From Azolla caroliniana (Eukaryota > Plantae > Polypodiophyta): a stretch of 64,000 nt of DNA. The notes below the pieces were generated by a model. The model saw only the letters and a program-made list of their open reading frames with translations, was not told the DNA's origin and did no database searches. Position numbers and translations under genes: made by a program. Location: NCBI GenBank assembly GCA_043228905.1, contig JBHGNT010000004.1:9052001-9116000 (forward strand), in the 5' to 3' direction. Shown in pieces: positions 33,501 through 45,386 of this stretch. Each line of letters opens with the position of its first letter. Position 1 is the stretch's first letter.

Positions 33501-36500
33501 CTTGGTGGGCTTGTGGAAAGCAGCTCAGACGTAAGACTCTTGTCAGGCTTTTAAAATCTGAGATGTCACTTAATTTACTGTTATTTTTAAATTTTATTCT
33601 TAAATTTTCTACTTGTAGGGAATTAGTGAAGCTACAGTTTTCTAGGAATGAATGCTCTTTTTTATGGGAATTTTGAGATTCAACAACTTTAATTTGTCCT
33701 CAAAAGTTAATGAAAATCACAGCCCATTTGTTCATATATGATAGAGTGAATTAGTTTAGAGATCTTGTTGTGCTTAAAGGCATTTCTAGTTTAATTGTAA
33801 CTTAAAATTACTGGCATTTAAGCTGGTTTGTAATGTTGTAATATCAGTATAACCCTATGCAGATTTGCAGGAATTTTGTGTTTGAACTTTAACAGAATTT
33901 GTAGCTGAAAATACTTTCCATGCAGGGTTGTTCCTTTAGCGTGTCATAGCATCTGGACTAGTTCTGAAGCAGTATATGAGTTCTAAATCTCCTAATGCCT
34001 GTCAAACAACTGAACAAACTAATATCGGAAATGGAAATTCACCTCTTTTTGTGTCTCGCTGAGGGGGGTCTGAGAATTCACAATTAACTCATTGTTGCCA
34101 TGAAAGAAGGCATTAAGACAGCAGAGGAGAGAGTCAAAGCAGTTTTTCTAGATCCCTACAGAAAGGGCTCAATGCCAATTTTGTAAATAATGGATAGTAT
34201 TAGAAAGATCGACTCTCTCCCTCCTGAACTTTTGTCTTGATCTAGGGTAAAATGCATTTTACGTCTGCTTATGATATACATTGAATGTGTAAACCATTCT
34301 TTTTGTCTCATATTTACTGAACTGTGCTAAGATAGTTACAACACACTAAATTTTACTAAGCTGATGAAGTGCTTAGCCTCTGCCAGTTCTTCTATCAAGC
34401 TCAGTATTGGTTTATTTGCTTTTTTGTGCTGATTTTCATTTATTTTTGGATTTATCTCTTGGGCTTGGTCTTTCACTACCTTTCACCTACTGTTACTGAT
34501 TAGAAAGTGGGTAGCAATGGAGGTGATACGATGGAAGCTTTTCTTGAAATGGCTAAAGCCTATTCTCTAATAATAAAAACCCTCTATAAATGTGTTCGAT
34601 TGCATTCCTGAAAATCTTCCATTGTAGGGTTAGTAAGCTGGTGCATGATGTAGTATGCAGTGACCATGTTTATGCAAGCATTCTCTAATAATTGAGAGGC
34701 ATTGGGTTTTCCAGGATGACACATTTACGATTGTTTCAGAGCAAGACTGGAAAGATCTTTGTGCAAGATGGAGTGTTAATCCATTGCGATTTATTGGAGT
34801 GCGTGTCGTCGAGGACTTAAGCCAAAGGGACAATTCAGTGACTTCTGTTGTTCCTTTGCCTAGTTCAGAAGAAGATGAAGGATTTCAGTCTGATAGAGCA
34901 CTCCCATACTTGTCTACAGAGCCTGATGTATGTACTTACGGTTTTAATTAATTTAAGCTGAAATGGGAAATTTTCCGTGTTTAAACTTTGTGCCAACACA
35001 ATTTTACAGGTATGTGACATTTGCATTGAGGAAAGGGAGAGTTCCGAGCTTATAAGGAAACTTCAATATGTTGATGAGGAAATATATGTAGATCTAGTAG
35101 AAGGGAAAGAACCCCCCAAATCACTCTTGGAGCCTCTAAGAGGTGATAGACGTGTATCAAAACGAGCCCGGAAAGGTCCTGCGGCCTCCAATAAGAGGAT
35201 TGTTTTGAAAGTATCCGGAGATACCACGATATACCAGCTCAAGTTGATGATTTGGGAATCATTTTCAGTAAGCTACATCTGCTCTTCCCTGAAGCTAGGA
35301 TAGCTAAAGATGTCACTTACTAAGCATGTGCTAGATGTTGCGAAGGTAAAAATATCCAATCAGGAGATCGACATGTCTGAAGAAATATGTATACAATATG
35401 ATATATATATTTATAACACAACATACCACAATATATACCAACTCAAGCTGATGATTTGGGAATCATTTCAGTAGGCTGCATCTGCTTTTCCCTGAAGCTA
35501 GAATAGTCAATGATGTCAATTATTAAGCATGTGTTAAATGTTTTGAAAGTCAAAGAATCAATTAGAACCTTCAAAAACTGTGAAACTAACATGTGTAGAG
35601 AGGAAAAGAGTGTCTAGAAAATATGCGTACAGATATGGATGTTTGAGTGGGAGGGAGAATGGTAAACTTGTGATAGTGCTTACTGGTATCAGAGAAATAG
35701 TGAAACATCCAAGGGAAATTGTTAACAGAGAAGAGATTTTTTCGGATTACTCTCCTCTATGACCTTGAGTAACAGCCATGAAGAACACTGATGGAAAGAA
35801 ATAGAGACATTGTGGATACAAATGTGGGTAGCAGTGTATATAGCTTGCAACTAATATATGTTTGGGGGGAGGAAAATGGACCCATGGAGTTGAAAGTGCA
35901 TCTTATGACTCCTCTGTAGCCATAATTGAGTACATTTGTTCATGATAAATACAAAACTCTGTTAAGAGAAGTTAGTGAACCTTTGATTCTACTTCTCCAA
36001 TTCTTGCAGAACCATAAAATGAGAAATATTTCTCCATTGTAGGCTTATACCTATATTACTTTTGGGACTTTCCACTTCTTTCTTGAAGAGGGTCACACTA
36101 TTTCTCATGGGTTTATATATAGTGTTTGTGGTAGCTCTTGACTTTAGTTTGCTGCTGGGTCTTGTTTGTGTTGAATTAGTATACAGTTTGTATTCTGCAT
36201 ATAGTTTTGTTTAATTAGAATTAGTTTACTTGGTCATCCATGGTCTGTTTTTCCAAACGTCTTACATCTTAAGTTAAATAAATTTGTTATTCTTATCATG
36301 ATATATTTCCAGTATGGTTTCTTGTTTGTTTTCCTGATTTTTGTTTCACTTGTTATCTATCATTTGGAGTTTGGCCTAAATTTCCTGATTCATCGCTAAC
36401 TAGGGCAAAAATATGCTTTTTTCCTAAGAAAACAAGCTTTTATCACTACCATGTCATTGAACTTGAGAAATTTTAAGCGTTACATTTCTTGTCCTTTTTT

Positions 36501-37882
36501 CTTCTGCTCCATGTCCTGTACCCATGTTCACGCTCCCTTTCAATATACGTATGAATTTCCATTTGGGTGACTATGCCTGCAAGTCTATACCCTAGATAAC
36601 TGTTTAACAAAGGCAGCTATAGGAATGATTGGTAAGAAAATGAGCCTTCTCCACATAGGTCATAAGGTTTCTAAATTTTATTCATTTAAACTTCTTAGCG
36701 TTGGCCTTTAGGTTGAATTGCAAATGCTGTACTACATTGAGCCAATCTCAAGTATGTCTATCTCCCAGTGAGGTTCTCTGGGAAGGGAGTAAAATAAGTT
36801 CTTACGTATCTGATTATTGATGGCTAAAGCATCCATTTCTCAACCTCTTGATAACAAGGTGACTGATTAAAGGTCAACTCTTAATATCTTTATTACTGAT
36901 GACCTGATATTATAGATATTCTCATATGTTAAGCTTGAATAGCAGAAATATACAGTTTATCGGAATTCTATAGCTCGGTATCATCTTAGGGCTATCGCAT
37001 GAGTGCATTTCTTCTATAGAATATTGAGCTTTTCACATTTCTAGGAAACACTGAAGCATTTATAAACAATGCATTTCCCTTAGTACAGTTTTGTTTAAAC
37101 TCACAGGGTTTCTCTCGTAGAAGATTTATTATATCACTCTCATGAAACAACTTTTGCTTATGTTCCATTTCAGTTTAATGCATCTTTCATGCATCTTACT
37201 CTGATACTGTTGCAATTACTATTTGCAGATTGTAAAGGAAAATCAACGTTTACATATATTCATGAAAGAGCTGGAGGATGATTCAGCTACTTTATCTGAT
37301 CTCAACATTTTACCAGGTGCTTATCTCTGGGTGATTGACACGGGTCTCCATGAGAACCGTGACATAGCAGGTACTAGCTAATGGTCCTTTGTTCATATAA
37401 TTTGTTGTGTTAAATGGCTATCATGTAACTTCATCAAATATACTCGTGTGATTTTATTTCGTAGTTCTGGATTTTATTAACTAGTTCATGGATCTTCTAG
37501 AATATTATTGAATTAATTGAATGTTTCGTTTGTCATTGGATTGATCTTGTGGCCATGTAAATAATTTTACATGTCTGGGGTTTTATTTTGTAGATATCAT
37601 GGTTTTTTATTGAAACAATTGTAATGTTCTGTGATGTTTCATTTGATCAGTGAAATCTAGGCAATGAATTCTATACATTCTTCTCTTGTTTTACTGATTT
37701 CATGGATTTTTTTTGAATGAGGTTTTATGTGGATTACATGCACAGATGAGGTCTGTAAGCAAGACACCACCATGATTCCTGTGGAGGAGGGATTTAGTGG
37801 TACTTTGCTTGCAAGATTACCAACACTTAACAATGGGTTATTTACAATGGAGGAGAGTCAGCCACTCTATGGAGATAGTTGA
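27520..37882 (+). CDS. UBP26: Ubiquitin carboxyl-terminal hydrolase 26 (USP48-like: USP domain, DUSP-like repeats, C-terminal ubiquitin-like domain), 13 coding exons
   Basis: GT-AG exons in consistent phase: 27520-27596, 29107-29691, 29959-30214, 30303-30952, 31062-31170, 32327-32505, 32591-32875, 33134-33341, 33456-33530, 34715-34927, 35010-35267, 37229-37370, 37746-37882. Motifs: [13 protein letters not shown], Cys box [25 protein letters not shown], His box [51 protein letters not shown]. These match the plant UBP26 architecture. Confidence 0.93.
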
Positions 37883-39661
37883 TTAATTTTTTCGCATGAT
37901 TTTGTGCTATGATCCAGTTATTTTGTGTAAATTATTCTTTCAGACTCGGCTACACTGGCGATGACCTTGAGTTGTGTTTTTTGTAACTAAAAAAGCAGAA
38001 TTACCCTATTCTTAGTTTGGCGGTATATATATAAAAGAGAAATCAACCTGAAAGAGAAAGAAATTTTGTTAGATAGTCTAGGGTGTCTATTCAAAAGGAG
38101 ATTTCTTGATCAAGATATAGCCAAAGGAACAGAATCAAGTATCAGGAAAAACTCGAAAAGAGTTTGTCCAAGCTCTGATGAAAATAAGGAGCTTGCTCAG
38201 AAAATGTAGTGATAATCTTCTTGTACATTTTGGAACATTTTGAAAAACACACTTTGGCTGCTTATTAGTCAGATGTACATTGTTTGTCGTCAAATCTTTT
38301 CAATATTCCTTTGTATATCTATATTTCAGTGTTGTCCAGAACACATGTAACTTATATAGTATGTTTATTGTCAATTGAGTTATAGTAGTTTGTATTTGGC
38401 TTCTGATGTGCACAACTAGCTCTACACACTTCAGCGAGTACTAATATTTTGATGTGGGTATCAACATCAGTAGCTGTACATTATAGAGGAATGTAGACCT
38501 TTAACCATATGATGGCACAAATCTGGCAGAGAAACATCAATATGCCGATATTGATGTACATGCTGGTATGAAAGAGCATGATGCACACTAAATGGGCTGA
38601 AATGTTTCTACAGATTTCAGTTCTTGTTAATCTATTATCTAGATGTCACAAACCATTGAGGTTTTTAGCTTTGCATGGAATTATAGCTAGCCTTTGTGCT
38701 TCAGTATGCCTCTTAACACATTAGAATATTGTCACGCATCTCTCAAGAGTCAAAACAAAAACAAGAACATGTCTACCTGGCCTTCACAAGGTTTCAAATA
38801 ATTGGTCTCCAAATTGGGATGAATATTGTTGCAAGCTATCATTTTACATGGAGCTCCAGACCATTATTGCAGTGTTAATGAGCCTTTGAGCACACGTGAA
38901 TAAGATTATACACTTCACCCAATCTATGTGAATGTGACCATCATTGCCTATTTGGGCCATCAAGTGCTAGGGTAATGGTCTATTTGATTTGCTTTATGAA
39001 GGCATACAAACAGAGTGGATCATATTACAGCTTTTATATATCATTTTACAGTAGGGGAAAGAAACTTCAAACGACAACAAATTGAAGCGGAACTCCAAGT
39101 TACGAGAAACTCAATACTCTCAATCTCCTCAAATACTTCCATGAAACATGCAACACAATACTAACACTAGTCAATACAAGACAAATGAATTACTTGAAAG
39201 TGAAGGGCATTGCTGTAAAACCAACTTGAAAGAGATCACTTAGTTTATCTGGCATGGAATGGTATTTAATTTTAAGTTCACTTCAACAGTTATTTGCAGT
39301 CTCTTCAGTGCAATATATCATTAGCTCTATAACCTAATTCAGTTGTAGAACATAACTTAAAGTTTTTGAGGCAGCCTTCCGTTGACAACCACACATCAAA
39401 CCAACTTTACAGATTTTATGCATTTGACACAGGCTTCACCTGATTAAATCTCAACTCTTCATTTAAAAAACGAAACTTTTCTAATCGAAAAAAATCAGAA
39501 ATATGAGGATGAAAATCCATACAATATTTCATCATACGCTGCATCTCTTGATGTTTAATAATACCGACACACATCACATATGAAATACAAAGCATTACAG
39601 ACAATGCTCAAATCTGGTATCTCGTCGATGTTTATATAGAGGAAGCCTCCAAACAAGGTCA

Positions 39662-41083
39662 TTACAGATCTGCATTCTCCTTCTCTTGCCCAGGGCTTGA
39701 TGAGATCACCTCTGACTTGCTTGGATCAGTTGTAACAGAATCCCCTCCTTGCTTTACCTCAGACTCAAATTCCTTGGCTGCCTGTATTTCATATAAACGT
39801 CCTTTAATGGTTGACATGATTTACTTTCAAGTTATGTCTTCACATTCACAACATATTGCTAAACATTGAACATCACTTGATGAAATAATATACAATTGGA
39901 AGATATTCAATCAAACCATCTCTCATGGTATCATGATGGATAATTTTTAGATAAAAAAAGGGAGGAAAAAAAGCCCATGGAACTAGCTTTGTTCGTTTGA
40001 TCTCCATCTCATTTACTCTAGAAATCATGCTTTTTATAATGGTTCTCTGGTGAAGGGACACACTATTAGTTACTACGAGACAGCGGTTGCAGTTCCGTTA
40101 TTAGCACCAATACCCCTGGTATAGCCTGATAAGGTGATAAGTTTGTGTGCCTGGATGGAGAAACATATTATGTCCACCGATTTTCTCAGTTAAAGTGATT
40201 AATTGGTGTTTCACATGCTTTATCCATATTCTTATTTCCTTTTCAACTCTACCACATACTTCTCTGTAAAATCTTTTGCTAATAGAAATGACAATGAAAA
40301 AAAATCCAAAGGTTTTAATCATGCCAAAGAGAGTGGAAAGGAGCAATCTGTATATTTTTTTTTTCTTTTCCACCATTTTCTATTACTGAACCAATTCCAA
40401 CCATGGATATATCTCTGACTCCAACATATAATTTATTGATAACGAAATAATCAGACGTAGAAGAGAGAAAAACAAGTTCAGTGGCATCAAATAATCAAAA
40501 ATCAATCCTGAACCACCATACAATCTCTAATATGCAATAGATTATATATAGGGTAATAATGAAGATGAGATCCTACTTGTTGGAAGCTTTTCACAGTCTT
40601 TCCGAGGCTTTTCCCTATTTCAGGGAGCTTGGATGGGCCAAAGATGAGAGCAGTCACGCCAGCGATCACTGCGAGTTCAGGAACACCAAGCCCAAAAAGT
40701 GCTCTGGCCCCACTTTTACGACGATTATTATCACGTCGGCACCAACCAGACCCTCTAAGACCATACCTATTGGAAGACAAGCTCAAAGAAGAATGCAAAC
40801 CTGCATCATGTTTTTTTCAAGAGAAGATTAGAATTTCAGAAAGATGGAGTGACAACATACAGAAACCCTAAAGGAACCCAAAAACTAGACAGACTGGATA
40901 AAAGAAGAAGGAACCGTTGAAAGGAAACAAAGAATTCAAGGTTTTTGGCTTAGGTTCGGGGTTTTGCTTACCTTGAGGCTGCAAGAAGGAGGTTTGAAGG
41001 AGACATGAAGGCCTGCTGCTGAGATTAGGGTTAGCAGGAATGGATGAGACAGGGGCCACATGAAGAAGAGCCATTGGAGGCAT
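39662..41083 (-). CDS. tatA: Sec-independent protein translocase TatA/Tha4, chloroplast thylakoid, 3 coding exons
   Basis: Exons 41083(or 41074)-40972, 40800-40577 and 39781-39662 with GT-AG boundaries. Ser-rich transit peptide, then ALFGLGVPELAVIAGVTALIFGPSKLPEIGKSLGKTVKSFQQ|AAKEFESEVK, the Tha4 transmembrane segment plus amphipathic helix. Confidence 0.95.
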
Positions 41084-41305
41084 ATAGCATACACAAATGC
41101 AAAGGCAAAGGCAAAGCTAAAATGCAAAGGCAAAGGCAAAGCTAAAATGCAAAGGCAAAAATGGATGTGTGCGAAAATGTACATATTGTGTGGGTGTGCC
41201 CAAAACTCATAATTTCTTTTAGGAAGCCAAAAAATGCATCATTCGCGTGTCTCCGAGTGTCCGAGTGTCCGCGCCGCCATATGTTCTCCCTCTGACCTAC
41301 TTGTC

Positions 41306-41307
<2 letters not shown>

Positions 41308-41363
<56 letters not shown>
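41308..41363. repeat. (CT)n microsatellite upstream of tatA
   Basis: Directly visible. Confidence 0.9.
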
Positions 41364-41366
<3 letters not shown>

Positions 41367-43291
41367 CCGGTCTCCACCCGACCATCTGTGTCCCTCATAT
41401 GTATTCGAAGGATTGGGAGTGGTTGACCCACATCCTCGACATGTGGATAAAGCTCTCCATTTGTTACGACGCGTCCCCGAGGTTTGGATCCCCAATAAGT
41501 TCCGAAGGCTTATGATTAGCTTGTCGTATGGGACCCCCGCCAGGCAACAATCCTCCACATTTTAAGCACTCTGTGTGACCATCCCATCTTAACCATCACT
41601 TTCTTCCACTTCATACCCATTCATCCTCTTAGAATTAGGCAAGAAGTAAATGGATAAAACCTACATGTCATCATCCTACTTTGCCGCCAAGTATCGATCT
41701 TCTTCATATCCTAGAACCTGGAAATCTAGAGACGGAACCTTATATAACCCTTACTTTGAAGCATCGCAAAGTCATAAAGGGTTTCCACCCTCAATGGCAA
41801 TACATGTTGTCGGTTTAGGGTTTAACCTATATATGACTTGATCATTCAAGTGAAGTGATCGTTGAACACGCTAGAAATTGAACAATCGGAATGAATCTTC
41901 CCCCACAAGGCTTGACACTCTCCATGGTTTCTTAGTACATAGTTCAAGCAACATTGTACCATGAATTGCTTTGCTAGGTGCTAGTTAAAAAACCAAATTT
42001 ATGAAGATAATGGTAGGGAAGAAAATATAATATTGATGAAAAAAGTAGATAAATTTCAACTCACAACCATATGGACAACCTTGTAGGGCATGTTAATATG
42101 CTACTAAAATAAAGTAGTTCTTTCTTTATTTGCTTTAATTGACTCAACAAAAATGATGTCCTGTTAAGTATATGTCAGACAACTCCAATTCTGACATCTT
42201 CATTTAGTGTTGATGGAAAAGGACACACCTCATAACTTCCTTTACTATGGATGGACAAGGACAATGGAAGAACTCTACACAATTGTGAATGTGGGGTTTA
42301 CATTGTAACCAATGAATTTGTGTCACTTGAGGCCTTTTGTTGCATTAATTTTGTTATAGTTCAAGTGCTCAACATATTGCGATATGCAAAACATATATGC
42401 ACATACATCCTTAGTTGTAATATGTTGGACTTGAACCCGTATGCTTATGAGTCTATGATTTGTCAAGAAAATAAAGTTGAGCACCTCAAGGTAGGTGGTT
42501 TGTTTAGGGTTTAGAGCAATTACAACTAAGGAGATTAAAGCACTCATGAAATGATTGTTAAACCCTAAATCAATGCACAAAAAATGCAATTACAGTTTTG
42601 ATGTTACCACAGATTATGTCTTTACAATCGAAATCTTAGTATCCAATTTTTCTCGAGGTTATTCAAATATTTAATCTCTCTCTCTCTCTCTCTCTCAGGC
42701 CATATTTGACCTCCAAAGATGAAAATAAAAGCAATCTCTCTCTCTCTCTCTTTCTCTAGTGAAAACACACAAGTGTATTAATAAATGTGTGCAAAAAATA
42801 CTACTTACAATGGGTGGCACAATGGAGTGAGTATAGTTACCCACTAACTACACATGTAATGGAACATGTTGAATTGCCAATAGGCAAGATGAACATTCCA
42901 CCAAAGAAAGAATTGTGACTTGCTCCAATAAAGAAAATTGTCATATTAGAACTCCCTTCTACTTTCATAGATATGCTTTGACTCCATGCCTACCATCAAA
43001 TACAAAAGCATTCGCATATCCCAATTATGACACAATCCCCAATACCTCATAAATAAGAAAACGATCCCCAATTTCAGGCCGATTAGTGTGAATTGTGCAA
43101 ACGCCCACAATTTTCACATCAAATAATAGGTCCATGACAAAACCTTGCCGAATTTGAGCAATGTAACCTTAAATCTAGAAATCAATCAGACATTGTATGA
43201 AATGATGAATACTATCTTCCATTTGAAAAAGAAGTAATTTCCCATTGCTAGTCCACGTTGTTGAACAAGTTCATAATGGACATATTCACAC

Positions 43292-43767
43292 TGTCCCAAT
43301 GGACATACTAGGTATTAGAGATCTAAGTACTAAAGTAAGCTTAAGATAAGGATAAACAAATGATAGATAGAAAGGAGAAAGAGAAAGAAGGGTGCCGATC
43401 CACCCGACCACCCCCGAGCGAAGGGATCGAGACAGACTCGAGCCTCGATCGGCGTCCCATACCACCGCTGTGGCGTCGAGTCGTACTTGGTGCTGGCGCG
43501 CTCGCTACAAGAGTTGACCCACCACAAGAGCAGAGTCTCGATGTTGTCAAAAGATTATCAAATGAGGGTAGCTAGGCCTCTTATTTATAGCGATACCCAA
43601 GGCCCCCAGGCAAGTTCACACTTGACCTAATGGGTTGTCTCAATCCCGAGGATTAAAAGTAATCCTCCCCTTCTTTACACTCTCGTTTAACCCTCACACT
43701 TATCCACGTGTATAGAATACTACGGTAAATTCTCACCACGGGATATTAAATGGTCATGCCCGTAACA
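43292..43767 (-). repeat. 3' LTR of the gypsy element
   Basis: Begins TG directly after the PPT on the minus strand, ends ...GGGACA at 43292, TATAAATA at ~43585. No partner LTR in the window, so the outer end is inferred. Confidence 0.7.
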
Positions 43768-44762
43768 TACTCCCCCTCTTTAAAACATTGCACTCTTGCA
43801 ATGGAAAGTTAGGGAAATTAGTTCTGAGAGTATTTTCGTGTTCCCATGTGGCATCTTTTATTGATTTATCCATCCATTTTATTTTAAATTCTCGGATTTC
43901 TTTAGTACGTAATTTTTTTGTTTTAACATCGAGAATTCTTTCTGGTACATGTGGTTTAGAAGATAATTCTTCAAAAGTAACTAGAGTTTTAGTTGTAACT
44001 GTATTGTCGCAAGAACCTAGAAGTTCTTTTAGACGACTCACATGAAAGACTGGATGAATTCTGACACCATCGGGAAGAGCGAGACGATAGGCTGATGACC
44101 CAATGCGTTTGAGGACTGTAAAAGGTCCACAAAACCATGGGGCTAACTTAGCGCACTTACCCGTAGACAATGTCTTATAATTGTGAGGTACACATAAAAA
44201 TACCTTCTGTCCAGGGTTGAATACACGAGGTTCCCTATGATGATTGGCATAAAAACGCACTCTATCTTGAGCTGTTTTTATATTATCTCGTGCAATATGC
44301 AACATATCTTGCATATCCCGAAGAAAGTTTTGCGTACTTCGCAACTCATCATGATGTATATTAACATCAATTGGGGCTCGTGGCTGAAAACCATACATCA
44401 ACATAAAAGGACTATATCCCGTCGACGTATGCTTGGAGTTGTTATAAGCAAACTCCAAAATTGGGAGATAACGTTCCCATTTTGTTGGTTTTGCACCAAC
44501 GTATGCTCGAAGCATGTCCTCAATAATTTGATTTACTTGTTCTGTCTGTCCATCGGATTGAGGATGATCCGTGGAGCTCATGCTTAACGTAGTTTCTAAC
44601 TTCTTAAAGACTTGCGTCCAGAAGTCACTAGTAAACTTTGGATATCGATCACTCACGATATCCATCGGTAACCCATAAAAACGAAACAATTCGTCAACGA
44701 ATTGGTAAACCAATTCAGGAGCTGTTACCGTGGTTTTAGTAGCAATAAATCTGGCCATTTTA
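43754..44762 (-). pseudogene. Gypsy integrase core/C-terminus plus chromodomain
   Basis: GLPMDIVSDR, HPVFHVSRLK, PERILDVK..EFKIKW..DATWE. Confidence 0.9.
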
Positions 44763-45376
44763 TGTTGGGAATCGACACTTCTAGATTCACCTTCACCACT
44801 CGGCCACAACCGATTAATCGCGGATCAATGCAGCAGAAAATAGGAACCACACGGAGAAACAAAAAAAAAAAAACGCGAGTACACAGGGATTAACGTGGAA
44901 AACCCTAGACGGGAAAAACCACGGGAGTACAAGACTCCAAACCAACACTATACAGAGAAGTATACAATGGCGAGCTGCAAGGCGACGACCTTGAGCTCGC
45001 TGTCCTCGCCACAGGCGGCGGAAATACACAGAGGCGTCTACCTCTTCCTCTCTCGCGCTCTATCTCTCTCACGGCTGCTCTCTCTTCACTCCTCTAAAGT
45101 GGAAAAACAGAAAAATGAGAAGCAACATTAAAACTGTTTGCCCTAAGTCATATTTATACACATATGACTTTGGGGCTATTTACAACTGTGGCCTCAGGGG
45201 CCCATAGCGAACATATTCACGGATATGTCCCTGCATCCGGATCGCTCTCCGGGTACATTCGTCATCCGGCACCGAAGCCGGGGTCTTCGTCATCCGGATC
45301 CGAAACCGAAACCGGGATTGTCGGCATTCATCTCCGACATCCGACCATCCCATCCGAAGGGACCGTAATCCCAACA
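44763..45376 (-). repeat. 3' LTR of A3
   Basis: Direct repeat of 49491-50104. Confidence 0.97.
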
Positions 45377-45386
45377 AACTCCCCCT

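Noticed and set aside
41600-43291. Possible decayed DNA transposon upstream of tatA
   Set aside because: No convincing TIR, TSD or transposase motif could be recognised by eye.
43754-44809. ORFs 43754-44809, 49908-50312 and 55612-57690 as independent genes
   Set aside because: They are pieces of one gypsy pol whose ends run into the LTRs of A3 and I, or into the insert at 57586.
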